From assembly GCA_040756875.1 (NCBI GenBank), contig JBFLYH010000002.1:895078-959077 (forward strand): a stretch of DNA of 64,000 nucleotides. The letters run 5' to 3'. A program made the position numbers and the translations under genes. The stretch is from a candidate division FCPU426 bacterium (GTDB lineage: Bacteria; Oederibacteriota; JAAXVQ01; JAUVAV01). This document shows, piece by piece, positions 18,797-29,042 of this stretch. The stretch's first letter is position 1. The number at the start of each line of letters is the position of its first letter. Under the pieces are notes generated by a model. The model was not told the DNA's origin and made no database searches. It was given only the letters and a program-made list of their open reading frames with translations.

Positions 18797-20010
18797 TAGA
18801 ATGACTCCGAGGTTCCAATGAAATTTTCGCAATCAGCTTCCCAGCGGGGCATTTGATCCGCCAGGCCCAATTGCTGAAGATACTCCACGTCGACAGGAAT
18901 AGGATCTAATGGTTCCAGCGGCTGAAGCTTGCGCAGGATGGCGTCCGCGATATGGACGATGGTCAGCGGCGCCAGCTGCTGGAATTTGCTGAGTTGCGGT
19001 TGGTGGTGAAACGCCACGGCCTCGACAATGGGCGTGGGCAGGCCCCACAAGCCGAGCAGATAGGCGCCGATTTCGGCGTGCGAGGCGCCCATAATTTCGT
19101 ATTCGCATTCAATCTGGGTGCAGTTGTTGGCCCGGGCGCGCTGTACGATTTCCTCGTATTGGTCGTGCAGCTTGGCAAGCATGATGAATTTTCCCGTGTC
19201 GTGGAGCATACCGGCCATGAGGGCTTCTTCCTGAAAGGGTTTGCTTTGCTTCAAATCCTGGGCGATCCGCTTGGCGCAACTGCCCACCATCAGGTTATGC
19301 TTCCAATAGGCGTTCATGGTGGCGTTGGCTTCCTCGGAGTGGATCAGGCTGGTGAAGACATGGATGGACAGCACCAGGGAACGGATTTTATCGAGCCCCA
19401 GGATGGTCACTGCCCGCATGGCGTCGTTGACGTGGGAATAAAAGCCGAAAAACGCGGAATTGACGAGTTGCAGGAGTTTGGCCGTCATGCCGGCGTCCCG
19501 GGAAATGATATGCCCGATTTTCTCAATCGAGGCTTCCGGGGAACGGAGTTCAGTGAGCACTTCGGTGTACAGGGCCGGCAGGCTGGGCAGGGACTGAATC
19601 TGGGAAATGGTCCGGCGCAGCTTCTCGTCACCCAGCAGGCTTTGCAGAGAACAGGCGCGGTCAATGGTGTTTTTCAAGGTTTCCGCGTCGCACGGTTTGG
19701 TCAGATACTGGTGCGTGGGGCCGACCGAACGTAAAATGCTTTCCTGGTCCGAATGCCCGGACAGCACCAGGCGGATGATTTGAGGATGCCGCTTCATCAC
19801 TTCCGTCAGCAAGCGCACGCCGTCCATCCCGGGCATGCGCATGTCCGAGACAATGACGTCGAAAGGCGACTGGTCGAGCAGCGCCAGGGCCTGCTCGCCG
19901 CTTTCAGCGGTTTCGATCTCCCACTCCTCCCGAAGGGGGCGGAACATCCGCCGAATCCCCTGGAGAATGTTCGGTTCGTCATCGACGAAAAGGATGTGCC
20001 GCTTGCTCAT
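18796..20010 (-). CDS. Response regulator, REC plus HDOD domain
   Basis: ILFVDDE receiver; LPSLP, LVNSAFFG, GMLHDTGK, HAEIGAYLLGLWGLP, AFHHQP. Confidence 0.9.
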   Translation of the reverse strand: MSKRHILFVDDEPNILQGIRRMFRPLREEWEIETAESGEQALALLDQSPFDVIVSDMRMPGMDGVRLLTEVMKRHPQIIRLVLSGHSDQESILRSVGPTHQYLTKPCDAETLKNTIDRACSLQSLLGDEKLRRTISQIQSLPSLPALYTEVLTELRSPEASIEKIGHIISRDAGMTAKLLQLVNSAFFGFYSHVNDAMRAVTILGLDKIRSLVLSIHVFTSLIHSEEANATMNAYWKHNLMVGSCAKRIAQDLKQSKPFQEEALMAGMLHDTGKFIMLAKLHDQYEEIVQRARANNCTQIECEYEIMGASHAEIGAYLLGLWGLPTPIVEAVAFHHQPQLSKFQQLAPLTIVHIADAILRKLQPLEPLDPIPVDVEYLQQLGLADQMPRWEADCENFIGTSESF

Positions 20011-22166
20011 TCGGCGGCCTCCCCCAGGGGGAGGCGGATGATGAACACCGTGCCAGACCCCAGCTGGGATTCGAAATCGATGGTGCCGCCGTGCTTGTCC
20101 ACGACCACAGAGCGCGAAATGGCCAGCCCCTGCCCGGTGCCTTTGCCGACTTCCTTGGTGGTGAAGAACGGGTCGAAGACCCGGTCGCGGATTTCCGGCG
20201 GAATGCCGGCGCCGGTGTCCGCAATGCGGATTTCCGCCCAATTGTTTTCGGCGCGCGTGGAAATCGTGATGCGGCCCTTGGTGCCGGGCTGCTTTTTAAT
20301 GACATCGTCTATGGCATGGGCGGCGTTGACGATGATGTTCAAGATGACCTGGTTGATTTCGCCCGGCAGGCAGGGGACCATGGGCAGGCTGGGATCCAGA
20401 TGGGTTTCCATGTCCGCCACGTATTTCCACTCGTTGCGCGCCACGGTGATGGTGTTTTCCACGGCCTGATTGAGATTGACCGGCGATTTTTCTCCGGCTG
20501 TGCCCGGATGGGCAAATCCTTTCAGGGCGCGGACGATTTTGGAAACGCGGTCCACGCCTTCCAGGGACTGAAGAATGGCTTTGGGGATTTCGTCCAGCAG
20601 GTATTCCGAGTCGATTTCCTTGGCCAGCGAGCTGATTTCCTGCTGCATGGCTTCGGGCAAATGGCCGCTTTGGCAGGCAGCCTGGGCCTCATGGAATCTT
20701 TCCAGCAAACGCGACAGATCGCCAAAAGCCTCCTGAAAGAAGCGGATGTTGTCGCCGACGTATTGGATGGGCGTGTTGATTTCGTGGGCAATCCCGGCTG
20801 CCAGCTGGCCGATGGACTCCATTTTTTGGGCGTGCAGCAATTGCATTTCCATGACCGTGTATTCGGTGATGTCGCGTCCCACCAGCAGGTAGCGCGAGGC
20901 ATTGGGGGATGAGTCCTGGACCGAGGTGACGGTGAGGGAGAGAAAGCCCAGCTCGCCGTTCGGTTTCTTGAAACGGATGCTTTTAATGGTCAGCGGCTGG
21001 TGCGAGGTGACGATTTTGGGGATGTTCTTAAGGGTCTCGGTCCATTGCCAGGGAATGGTGCAGGCGGTAAAGTCGTGGCCCAAGGCCGCTTCGGCCGGGA
21101 TGTTGAAAGTTTTTTCCGCGGCCTGGTTCCATTCCACGATGAGATTGTTGCTGTCCACGCCAATGAGGATCGTGGGGATGGTGTCCATGAATTGCTTGAG
21201 GCGCGATGATTCCCAAAAAAGATTATCCTGGGTGGACGTGCGCTCGATGATGCCGGCCAGGAATTGCGCCACGTTGATGACGAAAGCCGATTCATTGACG
21301 TCCAGCTCCATGCCGGACCGCGCGAACAGCGCGAGCACTCCCAACAGTTTGTCGCCTGACCCGACCAACGGAATACACAAGTGTCCCAGCGCGGGGTTGT
21401 CCTGCACGCAGGAAACCGCCGGCCCGAGGTTTTTGACGATGAACAGGGGTTTTCGGTCGGCAGCGGCCTTTCCGCACAGGCACTGGCCAAAGGCGATCTG
21501 GTCGCACGGCGGGTGCCATATGGTGTCCAGATTTTTTTGGGCGGCCAAGCCGAGGAGCTGGTGCTTTTTATCCAGTAGAAAAATGGCTCCCCGCGGTTCC
21601 AGAAAGTCCAGCATGGAGGCGGATAAAACGTGTTCCAGCAGCCAAGACAGCAGATCCTGGGGCGGCAGGTCGCGCAGGGACAAGCCGATCAATTCGTTGA
21701 AGGCGGTTTGGAACTGGTACGCACGCTGCAGGGATTTGTATTCGGCTTTTTGATGGTGGATGTCCCAGATCAGGCCGGTCATGCGGCTGGGCGTTTGGTC
21801 GTCCTTGCGATTGCTCGCAACGCCGTTGATCAGGATCCACTTCCAGGCGCCGGACTTTGATTGGCAGCGAACCTCGGCCCGGAAAACCGGGACGTTTCCG
21901 TTCAGATATGATTTAAGCGCAGCCTGGCACAGGGCGACGTCCTCGGGGTGGAACGTTTCGATCCAATCATCGAAGCGGGCGGAGATTTCCGTGGGGAGGT
22001 AATCCAGCACGCCCGTCGGATAGAAACTGACTTTTTCGTTGATGCAGTCGCATTCCCAAAAAACCAGGCCGACAGTTTGCAGTATCGCCAGCAAACTCGG
22101 CGAACCCAGGGAAGGAATGCCGCCAGCATCAAGGAACAATGATGGCGTTGTCAGCGTATTGGGCAT
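20007..22166 (-). CDS. Cytoplasmic PAS-GAF-PAS sensor histidine kinase (NtrB-like)
   Basis: PAS (FHPED), GAF (GQCLCG), AGIAHEINTP H-box, NAAHA, DTGAG, FDPFFTTKEVGKGTGQGL. Confidence 0.92.
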   Translation of the reverse strand: MPNTLTTPSLFLDAGGIPSLGSPSLLAILQTVGLVFWECDCINEKVSFYPTGVLDYLPTEISARFDDWIETFHPEDVALCQAALKSYLNGNVPVFRAEVRCQSKSGAWKWILINGVASNRKDDQTPSRMTGLIWDIHHQKAEYKSLQRAYQFQTAFNELIGLSLRDLPPQDLLSWLLEHVLSASMLDFLEPRGAIFLLDKKHQLLGLAAQKNLDTIWHPPCDQIAFGQCLCGKAAADRKPLFIVKNLGPAVSCVQDNPALGHLCIPLVGSGDKLLGVLALFARSGMELDVNESAFVINVAQFLAGIIERTSTQDNLFWESSRLKQFMDTIPTILIGVDSNNLIVEWNQAAEKTFNIPAEAALGHDFTACTIPWQWTETLKNIPKIVTSHQPLTIKSIRFKKPNGELGFLSLTVTSVQDSSPNASRYLLVGRDITEYTVMEMQLLHAQKMESIGQLAAGIAHEINTPIQYVGDNIRFFQEAFGDLSRLLERFHEAQAACQSGHLPEAMQQEISSLAKEIDSEYLLDEIPKAILQSLEGVDRVSKIVRALKGFAHPGTAGEKSPVNLNQAVENTITVARNEWKYVADMETHLDPSLPMVPCLPGEINQVILNIIVNAAHAIDDVIKKQPGTKGRITISTRAENNWAEIRIADTGAGIPPEIRDRVFDPFFTTKEVGKGTGQGLAISRSVVVDKHGGTIDFESQLGSGTVFIIRLPLGEAAE

Positions 22167-22321
22167 GTTTTCACCCACCTGAAATCCGGAAACCCTCTCG
22201 CAAGCCGGAGCGGGCGTTCCGCTTTGCAGGCAGTATCGGTAGGCCGGACTGCGGTATAAAGGGAGGATTGAACCCTAGGGGGTTGGAACAGGGCAGAGAT
22301 AAAACACGTGAGGGGACGCGA

Positions 22322-23038
22322 TTATAGGCGCTGGTGCAGCCAATCGGGAATCAGGCGCAAGAACCATCCGATCAAGGCCCAGCGCCGGGTGACGTAAACC
22401 CGGCTTTTTTTGGCAGCCAGGGCCGAGGCGATCTGGCGGCTGGCGGTTTCCACCGGCGCGACCCAGAACCGCTTGGAACCCGAGCCCCGGATAAGGGGTG
22501 TATTCACCCAGCCGGCCAGGATTTCCGTAACGGTAATGGGCAGCTGGCGTCGAAAGGCTTGTTGGCGCAGGCCCTGCAGGTAATTGGAGACAAAAGCCTT
22601 GCTGGCCGAGTAGGCGACGTTTTCTCCGCGCCCGCGGATCGCGGAGATGGAGGACAACCCGGCCAGATGGCCGTGGCCCTGGCTGCAGAAGTAGTCGAAC
22701 CCTGCCCGGGCCATGGCCGCGAATCCCTGCACGTTGGTGGCGATGATTTCCAGTTCTTCGGGCCAGCTGGCCTGCCGGCGGGAAATGCCGGCGCTGAGGA
22801 CCAAAAGATCCAGGCCCCCGAGCGCGCGGATGAGCCGTTTGAATGACAGGAGCGCTGCCTGCGGACGGCGCACGTCCAGGGGCTGGATGCGCGTGGTCCG
22901 CGGCAGGGAGTGCTGGAGGCTGCGCAAGCGCTCCAGGCGGCGGCCCGCGAGGCCGAGGCTATATCCCTGGCGGGCCAGGTCGTGGGCTAGGGCCCAACCG
23001 ATGCCTGAAGTGGCGCCGATGATGATGGCTTTGGGCAT
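22322..23038 (-). CDS. Short-chain dehydrogenase/reductase
   Basis: IGATSGIG Rossmann motif, YSASK catalytic motif. Confidence 0.9.
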   Translation of the reverse strand: MPKAIIIGATSGIGWALAHDLARQGYSLGLAGRRLERLRSLQHSLPRTTRIQPLDVRRPQAALLSFKRLIRALGGLDLLVLSAGISRRQASWPEELEIIATNVQGFAAMARAGFDYFCSQGHGHLAGLSSISAIRGRGENVAYSASKAFVSNYLQGLRQQAFRRQLPITVTEILAGWVNTPLIRGSGSKRFWVAPVETASRQIASALAAKKSRVYVTRRWALIGWFLRLIPDWLHQRL

Positions 23039-23175
23039 GAAGACATTTTCGCATACGCTTCTGCCGCAAATCCAGGCGAAAAAGCCAGCACGCAGATGTC
23101 CTGCGCAGGCTGTCTGATAAAAGCTGGCCGGGAAAGTCGTTCTCATTTCCCCGGGCTTTTGCTATGATGGCCGGC

Positions 23176-23688
23176 ATGGAAGCGTCCGGGGAGTGGTTCG
23201 AGGTGGTGGATGCCGAGGGGCGCGTGCTGAAGCTCGCGCGGCGCGAGGAATGCCACGCCGATCCCTCGCTCATGCACCGCGTGGCGCACGTGCTGGTGTT
23301 CGATCCCGAGGGGCGCCTCTACCTGCAGCTGCGTTCCCGGACCAAGGACATTCAGCCCGGCAAATGGGACACCTCAGTAGGCGGGCACCTGCAGCCCGGC
23401 GAAACTGAGCTTGCGGGCGCGCAGCGGGAGTTGCAGGAGGAGCTCGGCGTCCAAGGCGCGGCCTTGGAGCTTTTATACCATTATATAATGCGCAGTCCGG
23501 TGGAAACCGAGCTGGTCGCGACCTTCAAGACCGTGTGGCAGGGCGAAATCAGGCCTGATCCGCTGGAAATCGAAGACGGCCGGTTCTGGGAACCTGCGGA
23601 AATCCAGGCGAATCTCGGCCGGGGGATTTTCACGCCCAATTTCGAGGACGAATACAGCCGCTGGCAAAAAGTGGCGCCGCCGGCCTAG
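23176..23688 (+). CDS. NUDIX hydrolase (IDI type-1/YfcD-like)
   Basis: HRVAHVLVF, KDIQPGKWDTSVGGH..GE....AQRELQEELG Nudix box. Confidence 0.88.
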   Translation: MEASGEWFEVVDAEGRVLKLARREECHADPSLMHRVAHVLVFDPEGRLYLQLRSRTKDIQPGKWDTSVGGHLQPGETELAGAQRELQEELGVQGAALELLYHYIMRSPVETELVATFKTVWQGEIRPDPLEIEDGRFWEPAEIQANLGRGIFTPNFEDEYSRWQKVAPPA

Positions 23689-23696
23689 GGGGGCGA

Positions 23697-24458
23697 ATGC
23701 GCGATTGGTGGAAAAAAATCCGGGCCGCCCTGAATCTTTTGGGCGATTATGCCCTGTTTTCTTTACAGGCGCTGGTCGGGATCGTGCGCAGGCCGCCGCA
23801 ATACCGGGACGTGCTCGAACAGCTGGACGCCCTGGGCGTGCAGTCCCTGGTCATCATGATCGCCACCGGGTTGTTCATCGGCATGGCCATCACCTTGCTG
23901 CTCGAGGCTGAAATGGCCATCTACGGCGCCAAGGTGTACATCGGCCGCATGCTGGCCGTGGCCACCGTGCGGGAACTGGCGCCCGTGGTGACCGGCCTCA
24001 TGCTGGCCGGTCGGGTGGGCGCGCGCATTGCCTCGGAATTGGGGTCCATGCGGGTGACGCAGCAGATCGACTCCATCGAGGGCCTGGGGCAGGACCCCAT
24101 GCACAAACTGGTGGCGCCCCGCGTGGCCGCGATGTTTATCGCCGCGCCGGCCCTGACGATCGTCACCAATCTGGTGAGCCTGCTGGGCGGATTTTTAATT
24201 TCCTCGGTGTCGCCCGGCACGTTTTGGTTCGAGGCGCGCAAGGCATTCGTGATGCGCCACCTGTCCGGCGGCCTGATCAAGCCGTTCGTTTTCGGGCTGA
24301 TTATCGCCACCATCGCCTGCTATCTGGGATTGCGCGCCGGACAAGGCGTGCGCGGCGTGGGGCAGGCGGCGGCCAATGCCGTGGTGGCGAGTTCGGTGGT
24401 GATTTTTTTGGCGAATTACTTTATCGGATTTGTCGTGCTTAAGGCATTTGGAGTATAA
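23697..24458 (+). CDS. mlaE: MlaE family lipid ABC permease
   Basis: RELAPVVTGLMLAGRVGARIASELGSM..TQQID. Confidence 0.92.
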   Translation: MRDWWKKIRAALNLLGDYALFSLQALVGIVRRPPQYRDVLEQLDALGVQSLVIMIATGLFIGMAITLLLEAEMAIYGAKVYIGRMLAVATVRELAPVVTGLMLAGRVGARIASELGSMRVTQQIDSIEGLGQDPMHKLVAPRVAAMFIAAPALTIVTNLVSLLGGFLISSVSPGTFWFEARKAFVMRHLSGGLIKPFVFGLIIATIACYLGLRAGQGVRGVGQAAANAVVASSVVIFLANYFIGFVVLKAFGV

Positions 24459-24475
24459 GGCGCGGAGCCAAAACT

Positions 24476-24517
24476 GAGATTGCTTCGTCGCCCCTTCGGG
24501 GGCCTCCTCGCAATGAC
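24476..24517. repeat. REP-like palindromic element (GAGATTGCTTCG...CTCGCAATGAC class)
   Basis: GAGATTGCTTCGTCG-CCCCTTCGGGGG-CCTCCTCGCAATGAC between mlaE and mlaF; resembles a widespread intergenic repeat unit. Confidence 0.6.
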
Positions 24518-24606
24518 AGATGCATTCATTTGCGTGCGAGTCCCCTCAGGGGACACGGCCATCTCGCTTTGGGCGACAGGAATCTTTTATTAGTAAAGGA
24601 AAAAGC

Positions 24607-25359
24607 ATGGTCGAGTTGCAGTCCGTGGATTACTCCATCGCCGGCCGGCTGATCCTCCAGGGCGTTTCGCTCAGCGTGGGCGAGCGCGAGACCCTGGCCA
24701 TTCTCGGCGCGTCGGGGTCGGGCAAGAGTACGATTCTGCGCGTGATCCTCGGGCTGGCCTGGCCGGACGCCGGGCACGTGCTCGTGGCCGGCAAGGACCT
24801 CGGCCGCTTGCAGTATGACGAACTCGTGGAAGTCCGAAAACGGATCGGCATCGTGTTCCAGGACGGCGCGTTGTTCGATTCCCTGACCGTGGGCGAAAAC
24901 GTCGGCTACTATTTCATGGAGCACAATAGCCGCACGCATGAGCAGGTGGAGCCCGAAGTCCGGGAGATGCTTCGGACCGTAGGACTGGGGCATACCCTGG
25001 ACATGATGCCGGACGAACTCTCGGGCGGCATGCGGCGCCGCGTGGCCATTGCCCGGGCGCTGATTTACCGGCCGTCCCTGATTCTTTACGACGAGCCCAC
25101 CACCGGCCTGGATCCAGTGGCCCGGGAGAGCATCCTGGAGCTGATCAACCGCCTCAAGCACGAGCACCACGTGGCCAGCGTGCTCGTGACCCACAGCCTG
25201 GACGACGCCGCCAAGGTGGCGGACCGTTTCGTGGTCATCCGTGCAGGCCGCGTGGTCTGGGCCGGATCCCGCCGGCAGTTTCTCGCCCAGCAAAACCGGC
25301 TGGTGGCTTTCTACCAGCCCGCCGGCCAGGAAACCGGGGAAGAGGTCAACGCGCGATGA
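24607..25359 (+). CDS. mlaF: MlaF family ABC ATPase
   Basis: GASGSGKS, FQDGALFDSLTVGENV, LSGGMRRRV, YDEPTTGLDP. Confidence 0.92.
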   Translation: MVELQSVDYSIAGRLILQGVSLSVGERETLAILGASGSGKSTILRVILGLAWPDAGHVLVAGKDLGRLQYDELVEVRKRIGIVFQDGALFDSLTVGENVGYYFMEHNSRTHEQVEPEVREMLRTVGLGHTLDMMPDELSGGMRRRVAIARALIYRPSLILYDEPTTGLDPVARESILELINRLKHEHHVASVLVTHSLDDAAKVADRFVVIRAGRVVWAGSRRQFLAQQNRLVAFYQPAGQETGEEVNAR

Positions 25360-26657
25360 AAAGCAGCCGCAATTATCCCGCCATGCAGGTCAAGGTCGGC
25401 ACCCTGGTGGCCGTGGCGTTGTCCGTCGCCCTGCTGGCCATGATTTTTCCCACCAAGGGCGTAAACCCCTTTTCCGCCAAGATCAAATTGACGGCGTATT
25501 ATCCGGCCGTGGCCGGGCTGCGGGCTTCCTCGCCCGTGTGGTTCTCGGGCGTGGAGGTGGGCTCCGTGCTCCGCGTGGAGTTCGTGCCCGGGAGCGACCC
25601 GCCGCAGCTCAAAGTGGTCATGGAAGTGGAACGTAAAATCCAGCCGTATCTCAAGACCGACTCCAAAGCCGAAATCAAGGGCATGGGGCTGCTGGGCGAC
25701 ATGTACGTGGATTTAACGCCGGGCTCGCCGGGCGCAGCCATGGTCCGCAACGGAGGGGTGATCGAAGGCAAGCCGCCCAAGGAATTCACCGATGATCTTG
25801 AGGCTCTCATTGCTTCGGCCAAAGGCCTGCTCGCCAACCTGGACCAGATCTCGCGGGACGTGGCCGAGGGCCGGGGCAGCCTGGGGCTGCTGGCCAAGGA
25901 TCCGAGCCTCTACCAGTCCCTGCGCGACACCCTCAGGGAACTCCAGTCCATTCTCGGCGCCGTGCAGTCCGAGGACCAGGGGACCCTGGCCAAACTGGTG
26001 CACGACCCCGCGCTGTACGACGAAATGGTGTCCGCGGTCCGGGACCTGCGCTCCGTGGTGGCGGACCTCAAGCAAGCCGGGGACAAGATCCTCACGCCCG
26101 AAACCAAGGAAACCATCACTCAGACCGTGCAGACCGTTTCCCGGGTGGTCAAGCGCGTGGGCGACTACCAGGAAAAAATCGACCGCATCCGTTTCGACCT
26201 GAATTTCGGGCTGTACAAATTCGACCGCGCCGTGTCGTCCGGCCACGCCCATCTGCTGATCTGGCCGACGCAGGACCGGTATTATATGCTGGGTCTGCAG
26301 AAAATCAGCGAACTGTACGGCAATGAGACCGACCGCACGACCTGGGAAGCGCAACTGGCGTGGCGGATTCTGCAAACGCCGCTGTTCATCCGCGGCGGGC
26401 TCATCCGGGATGAATACTTCGTGGCCGGTCTGGACCTGCGCCTGTGGGAGGACGACCTGGCTGTGCTCCTGGACGCCTACCGGGTGGAATACAACCCCAT
26501 GCAACTGGACGTGCGCGTGGGCGTGGTGGTGTGGGACCTGCTGGAATTCACCGCCGGCGCGGAAAACGTGCTGCAAACCCCCTTCTACAAAGCCGGCCTG
26601 ACCATCCACTACCGGGACGACGATTTGCTGAATGTGTTGTTTAAAACGATGTTCTAG
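25356..26657 (+). CDS. mlaD: MCE/MlaD protein with long helical region and C-terminal beta-rich domain
   Basis: TM, GL...SPVWFSGVEVGSV, GLLGDMYVDLTPG; GSLGLL/GTLAKL helical repeats; about 150-aa amphipathic strand region. Confidence 0.88.
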   Translation: MKSSRNYPAMQVKVGTLVAVALSVALLAMIFPTKGVNPFSAKIKLTAYYPAVAGLRASSPVWFSGVEVGSVLRVEFVPGSDPPQLKVVMEVERKIQPYLKTDSKAEIKGMGLLGDMYVDLTPGSPGAAMVRNGGVIEGKPPKEFTDDLEALIASAKGLLANLDQISRDVAEGRGSLGLLAKDPSLYQSLRDTLRELQSILGAVQSEDQGTLAKLVHDPALYDEMVSAVRDLRSVVADLKQAGDKILTPETKETITQTVQTVSRVVKRVGDYQEKIDRIRFDLNFGLYKFDRAVSSGHAHLLIWPTQDRYYMLGLQKISELYGNETDRTTWEAQLAWRILQTPLFIRGGLIRDEYFVAGLDLRLWEDDLAVLLDAYRVEYNPMQLDVRVGVVVWDLLEFTAGAENVLQTPFYKAGLTIHYRDDDLLNVLFKTMF

Positions 26658-26721
26658 CCGCGCCTCTGGCGAATAGGACTTCCGAGCGGGCGGACCGGGT
26701 TTCCCCGAGAGGAGCGTTCCG

Positions 26722-27135
26722 ATGAAAAGCCATACCGCCTACCTGACGTTTAACACCCGCGCGCACCGGGAATATGTCAACATCACCGAAGACGTGGCCA
26801 AGGCCGTGGCCGCCTCTCGCGTCCAGGAAGGCATGGCGCTGGTTTCGGCCATGCACATTACGGCCGGCGTGTTCGTGAACGACGCGGACGACGGGCTGCT
26901 GGAAGACATCGACGAATGGCTGGAGAAGCTCGCGCCGTTCAAGCGGGATTACCGCCACCACCGCACCGGCGAGACCAACGGCGACGCGCACCTGAAAAAT
27001 CTGCTCGTCCATCATGAGGTCATCCTGCCCATTACCCAGGGCAAACTGGACCTGGGCCCCTGGCAGCAGGTGTTTTACGCCGAATTCGACGGGCAGCGGC
27101 CCAAACGGCTGGTGATCAAAGTGATGGGAGAGTGA
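26722..27135 (+). CDS. yjbQ: YjbQ/UPF0047 family (secondary thiamine-phosphate synthase-like)
   Basis: [33 protein letters not shown]. Confidence 0.9.
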   Translation: MKSHTAYLTFNTRAHREYVNITEDVAKAVAASRVQEGMALVSAMHITAGVFVNDADDGLLEDIDEWLEKLAPFKRDYRHHRTGETNGDAHLKNLLVHHEVILPITQGKLDLGPWQQVFYAEFDGQRPKRLVIKVMGE

Positions 27136-27159
27136 CCGGCAAAGCGAGGGCTTGAACTT

Positions 27160-27351
27160 ATGGAATGCCGCAAGGATAAGAACTTGAAAATGTGCAACTG
27201 CACCTACCCCTGCAGCCGCAAGGGGCTTTGCTGCGAATGCCTGGCCTACCACCGCGACTCCGGCGAACTGCCGGCTTGCTATTTCGACGCCAAGATCGAA
27301 AAAACCTATGACCGGTCAGTGGAGGCTTATCTGCGTTCCCGCAGAGGATAG
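27160..27351 (+). CDS. Small Cys-rich protein (DUF6485-like)
   Basis: [34 protein letters not shown]. Confidence 0.75.
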   Translation: MECRKDKNLKMCNCTYPCSRKGLCCECLAYHRDSGELPACYFDAKIEKTYDRSVEAYLRSRRG

Positions 27352-27426
27352 CCGTCCGCTTGACTGGCAAAACACTGAAAAAAAGGGCGCAAAACAAGGC
27401 GGGTCCGCCAAAACCCCTTTTTGCGT

Positions 27427-27455
27427 TTGACAAGCGCCCCCCCTGGGGGTATGAT
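27427..27455 (+). promoter_or_regulatory. Sigma70 promoter of the NSS-ktrB-ktrA operon
   Basis: TTGACA-N17-TATGAT. Confidence 0.7.
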
Positions 27456-27521
27456 GCATTCTCGCAGGTCGAGCGGGAAGGTTCCGCCGGCCTGCTTTGT
27501 CATTTCTAGGGGGACGAGGGA

Positions 27522-29042
27522 ATGGCCCTAAGGGGTCGTTTTACCACCAACGCGGGCTTTTTGCTGGCTGCCATCGGATCCGTAGTGGGCATGGGCAGCA
27601 TTTGGCGCTTTCCTTATATAGCCTACGCCAACGGCGGCGGGGCTTTTCTCATCCCTTATTTTATCGCGCTGCTCACCGCCGGTATCCCCCTTTTGCTGCT
27701 CGAATACGGCCTGGGGCATAAAATGCACGCCTCGTCGCCCTTGGCCTTTGCCAAAATCAGCCTAAAGGTGGAATGGCTGGGGTGGTGGATGCCGCTGTTC
27801 GTCACTTTTGGCATCCTGTTTTACTACCAGGTGGTCATCGGCTGGTGCGGCAATTTCCTGGTTTATGCCCTGTCCACGGCCTGGGGGGCTGATTCCGAGG
27901 GCTTTTTTCTCAACACCTTCCTGGGTCTTACCTCGGCGCCTGAAAAAGTAGGCGGCTTGCGCTGGCCGATCGTGGCTTCCACGGCCGCGGCCTGGTTCGT
28001 CACCTGGGCGGTCACCTTCCAGGAAGTCCACCGGGGCATCGAACGGACGCTTAGGGTGTTCATGCCCGTGCTGCTCGTGACCACCCTGATCCTGGTGGGC
28101 TGGGGACTGACCCTGCCCGGCGCCAGCGAGGGGTTGAAGTATTATCTCACGCCGCGCTGGGATAAGCTGCTGGACGTGAAGGTCTGGCTGGCGGCTTACA
28201 GCCAGATTTTCTTTTCTTTCTCCCTGGCGTTCGGCGTGATGATCGCCTACGCCAGCTACCTGCCGCGCCGGGCGGATCTGGTGCAGAACGCCTGGATCAC
28301 CAGCCTGTCCACCTGGCTGTATTCGCTGGTGGCGGGAGTGGCCGTGTTTTCGGTGCTGGGGTACCTGTCGGTCAGCAAGGGTTTGCCGATCGAGTACGTG
28401 GTCAAGTCCGGGCCCACGCTGGCGTTCGTGGTGTTTCCCGAGGCCATTTCCAACCTGCCCTGGCTGCGGGAAGCGTTCGGCGTATGTTTCTTTTTCGCCC
28501 TGATGCTGGCCGGCCTCGCATCCGCGGTGGCCATGGTGGAGACGTTCGTGGTCTCGGTCCAGGACAAGTTCGGCTGGCCGCGCAAAACCGTGGTCACGGT
28601 GCTGGTCCTGGTGGGCATGGTCGGCTCCCTGTTGTACACCACGGGCAGCGGACTGCACTGGCTGGTGATCGTGGACCGCTATCTGAACCAGTACGGGCTG
28701 GTGCTGGCGGGATTGCTGGAGTGCCTGGTGATCGGGTTCGGGCTCAAGGCCGGCGTGGTGCGGGATCACATCAACCGCCACACGCGCCTGCCCATGGATC
28801 CGCGCTGGGACTTTATGGTCAAATTTCTGACGCCGGCCCTGCTGCTGGTCATGCTGGTCCGGAGTTTGTGGGCCGAGATCGCCCACGGATTCGGCTCCTA
28901 CCGCACCCTGACCGTGCTGGCCATGGGCGGCGGATGGCTGCTTCTGACGCTCCTCGCGGCCTGGTGGCTGGCGCGCCGGCCGTGGGATCCGCAGCGCCTC
29001 CGCACCGAGCACCAGCCGGCCGAAGACGAACTTTTTCGCTAA
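27522..29042 (+). CDS. NSS/SNF family (LeuT-fold) transporter with divergent Na+ sites
   Basis: IWRFPY..NGGGAFLIPY, QIFFSFSL.FGVMIAYASY, SGPTLAFVVFPEAI. Confidence 0.92.
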   Translation: MALRGRFTTNAGFLLAAIGSVVGMGSIWRFPYIAYANGGGAFLIPYFIALLTAGIPLLLLEYGLGHKMHASSPLAFAKISLKVEWLGWWMPLFVTFGILFYYQVVIGWCGNFLVYALSTAWGADSEGFFLNTFLGLTSAPEKVGGLRWPIVASTAAAWFVTWAVTFQEVHRGIERTLRVFMPVLLVTTLILVGWGLTLPGASEGLKYYLTPRWDKLLDVKVWLAAYSQIFFSFSLAFGVMIAYASYLPRRADLVQNAWITSLSTWLYSLVAGVAVFSVLGYLSVSKGLPIEYVVKSGPTLAFVVFPEAISNLPWLREAFGVCFFFALMLAGLASAVAMVETFVVSVQDKFGWPRKTVVTVLVLVGMVGSLLYTTGSGLHWLVIVDRYLNQYGLVLAGLLECLVIGFGLKAGVVRDHINRHTRLPMDPRWDFMVKFLTPALLLVMLVRSLWAEIAHGFGSYRTLTVLAMGGGWLLLTLLAAWWLARRPWDPQRLRTEHQPAEDELFR

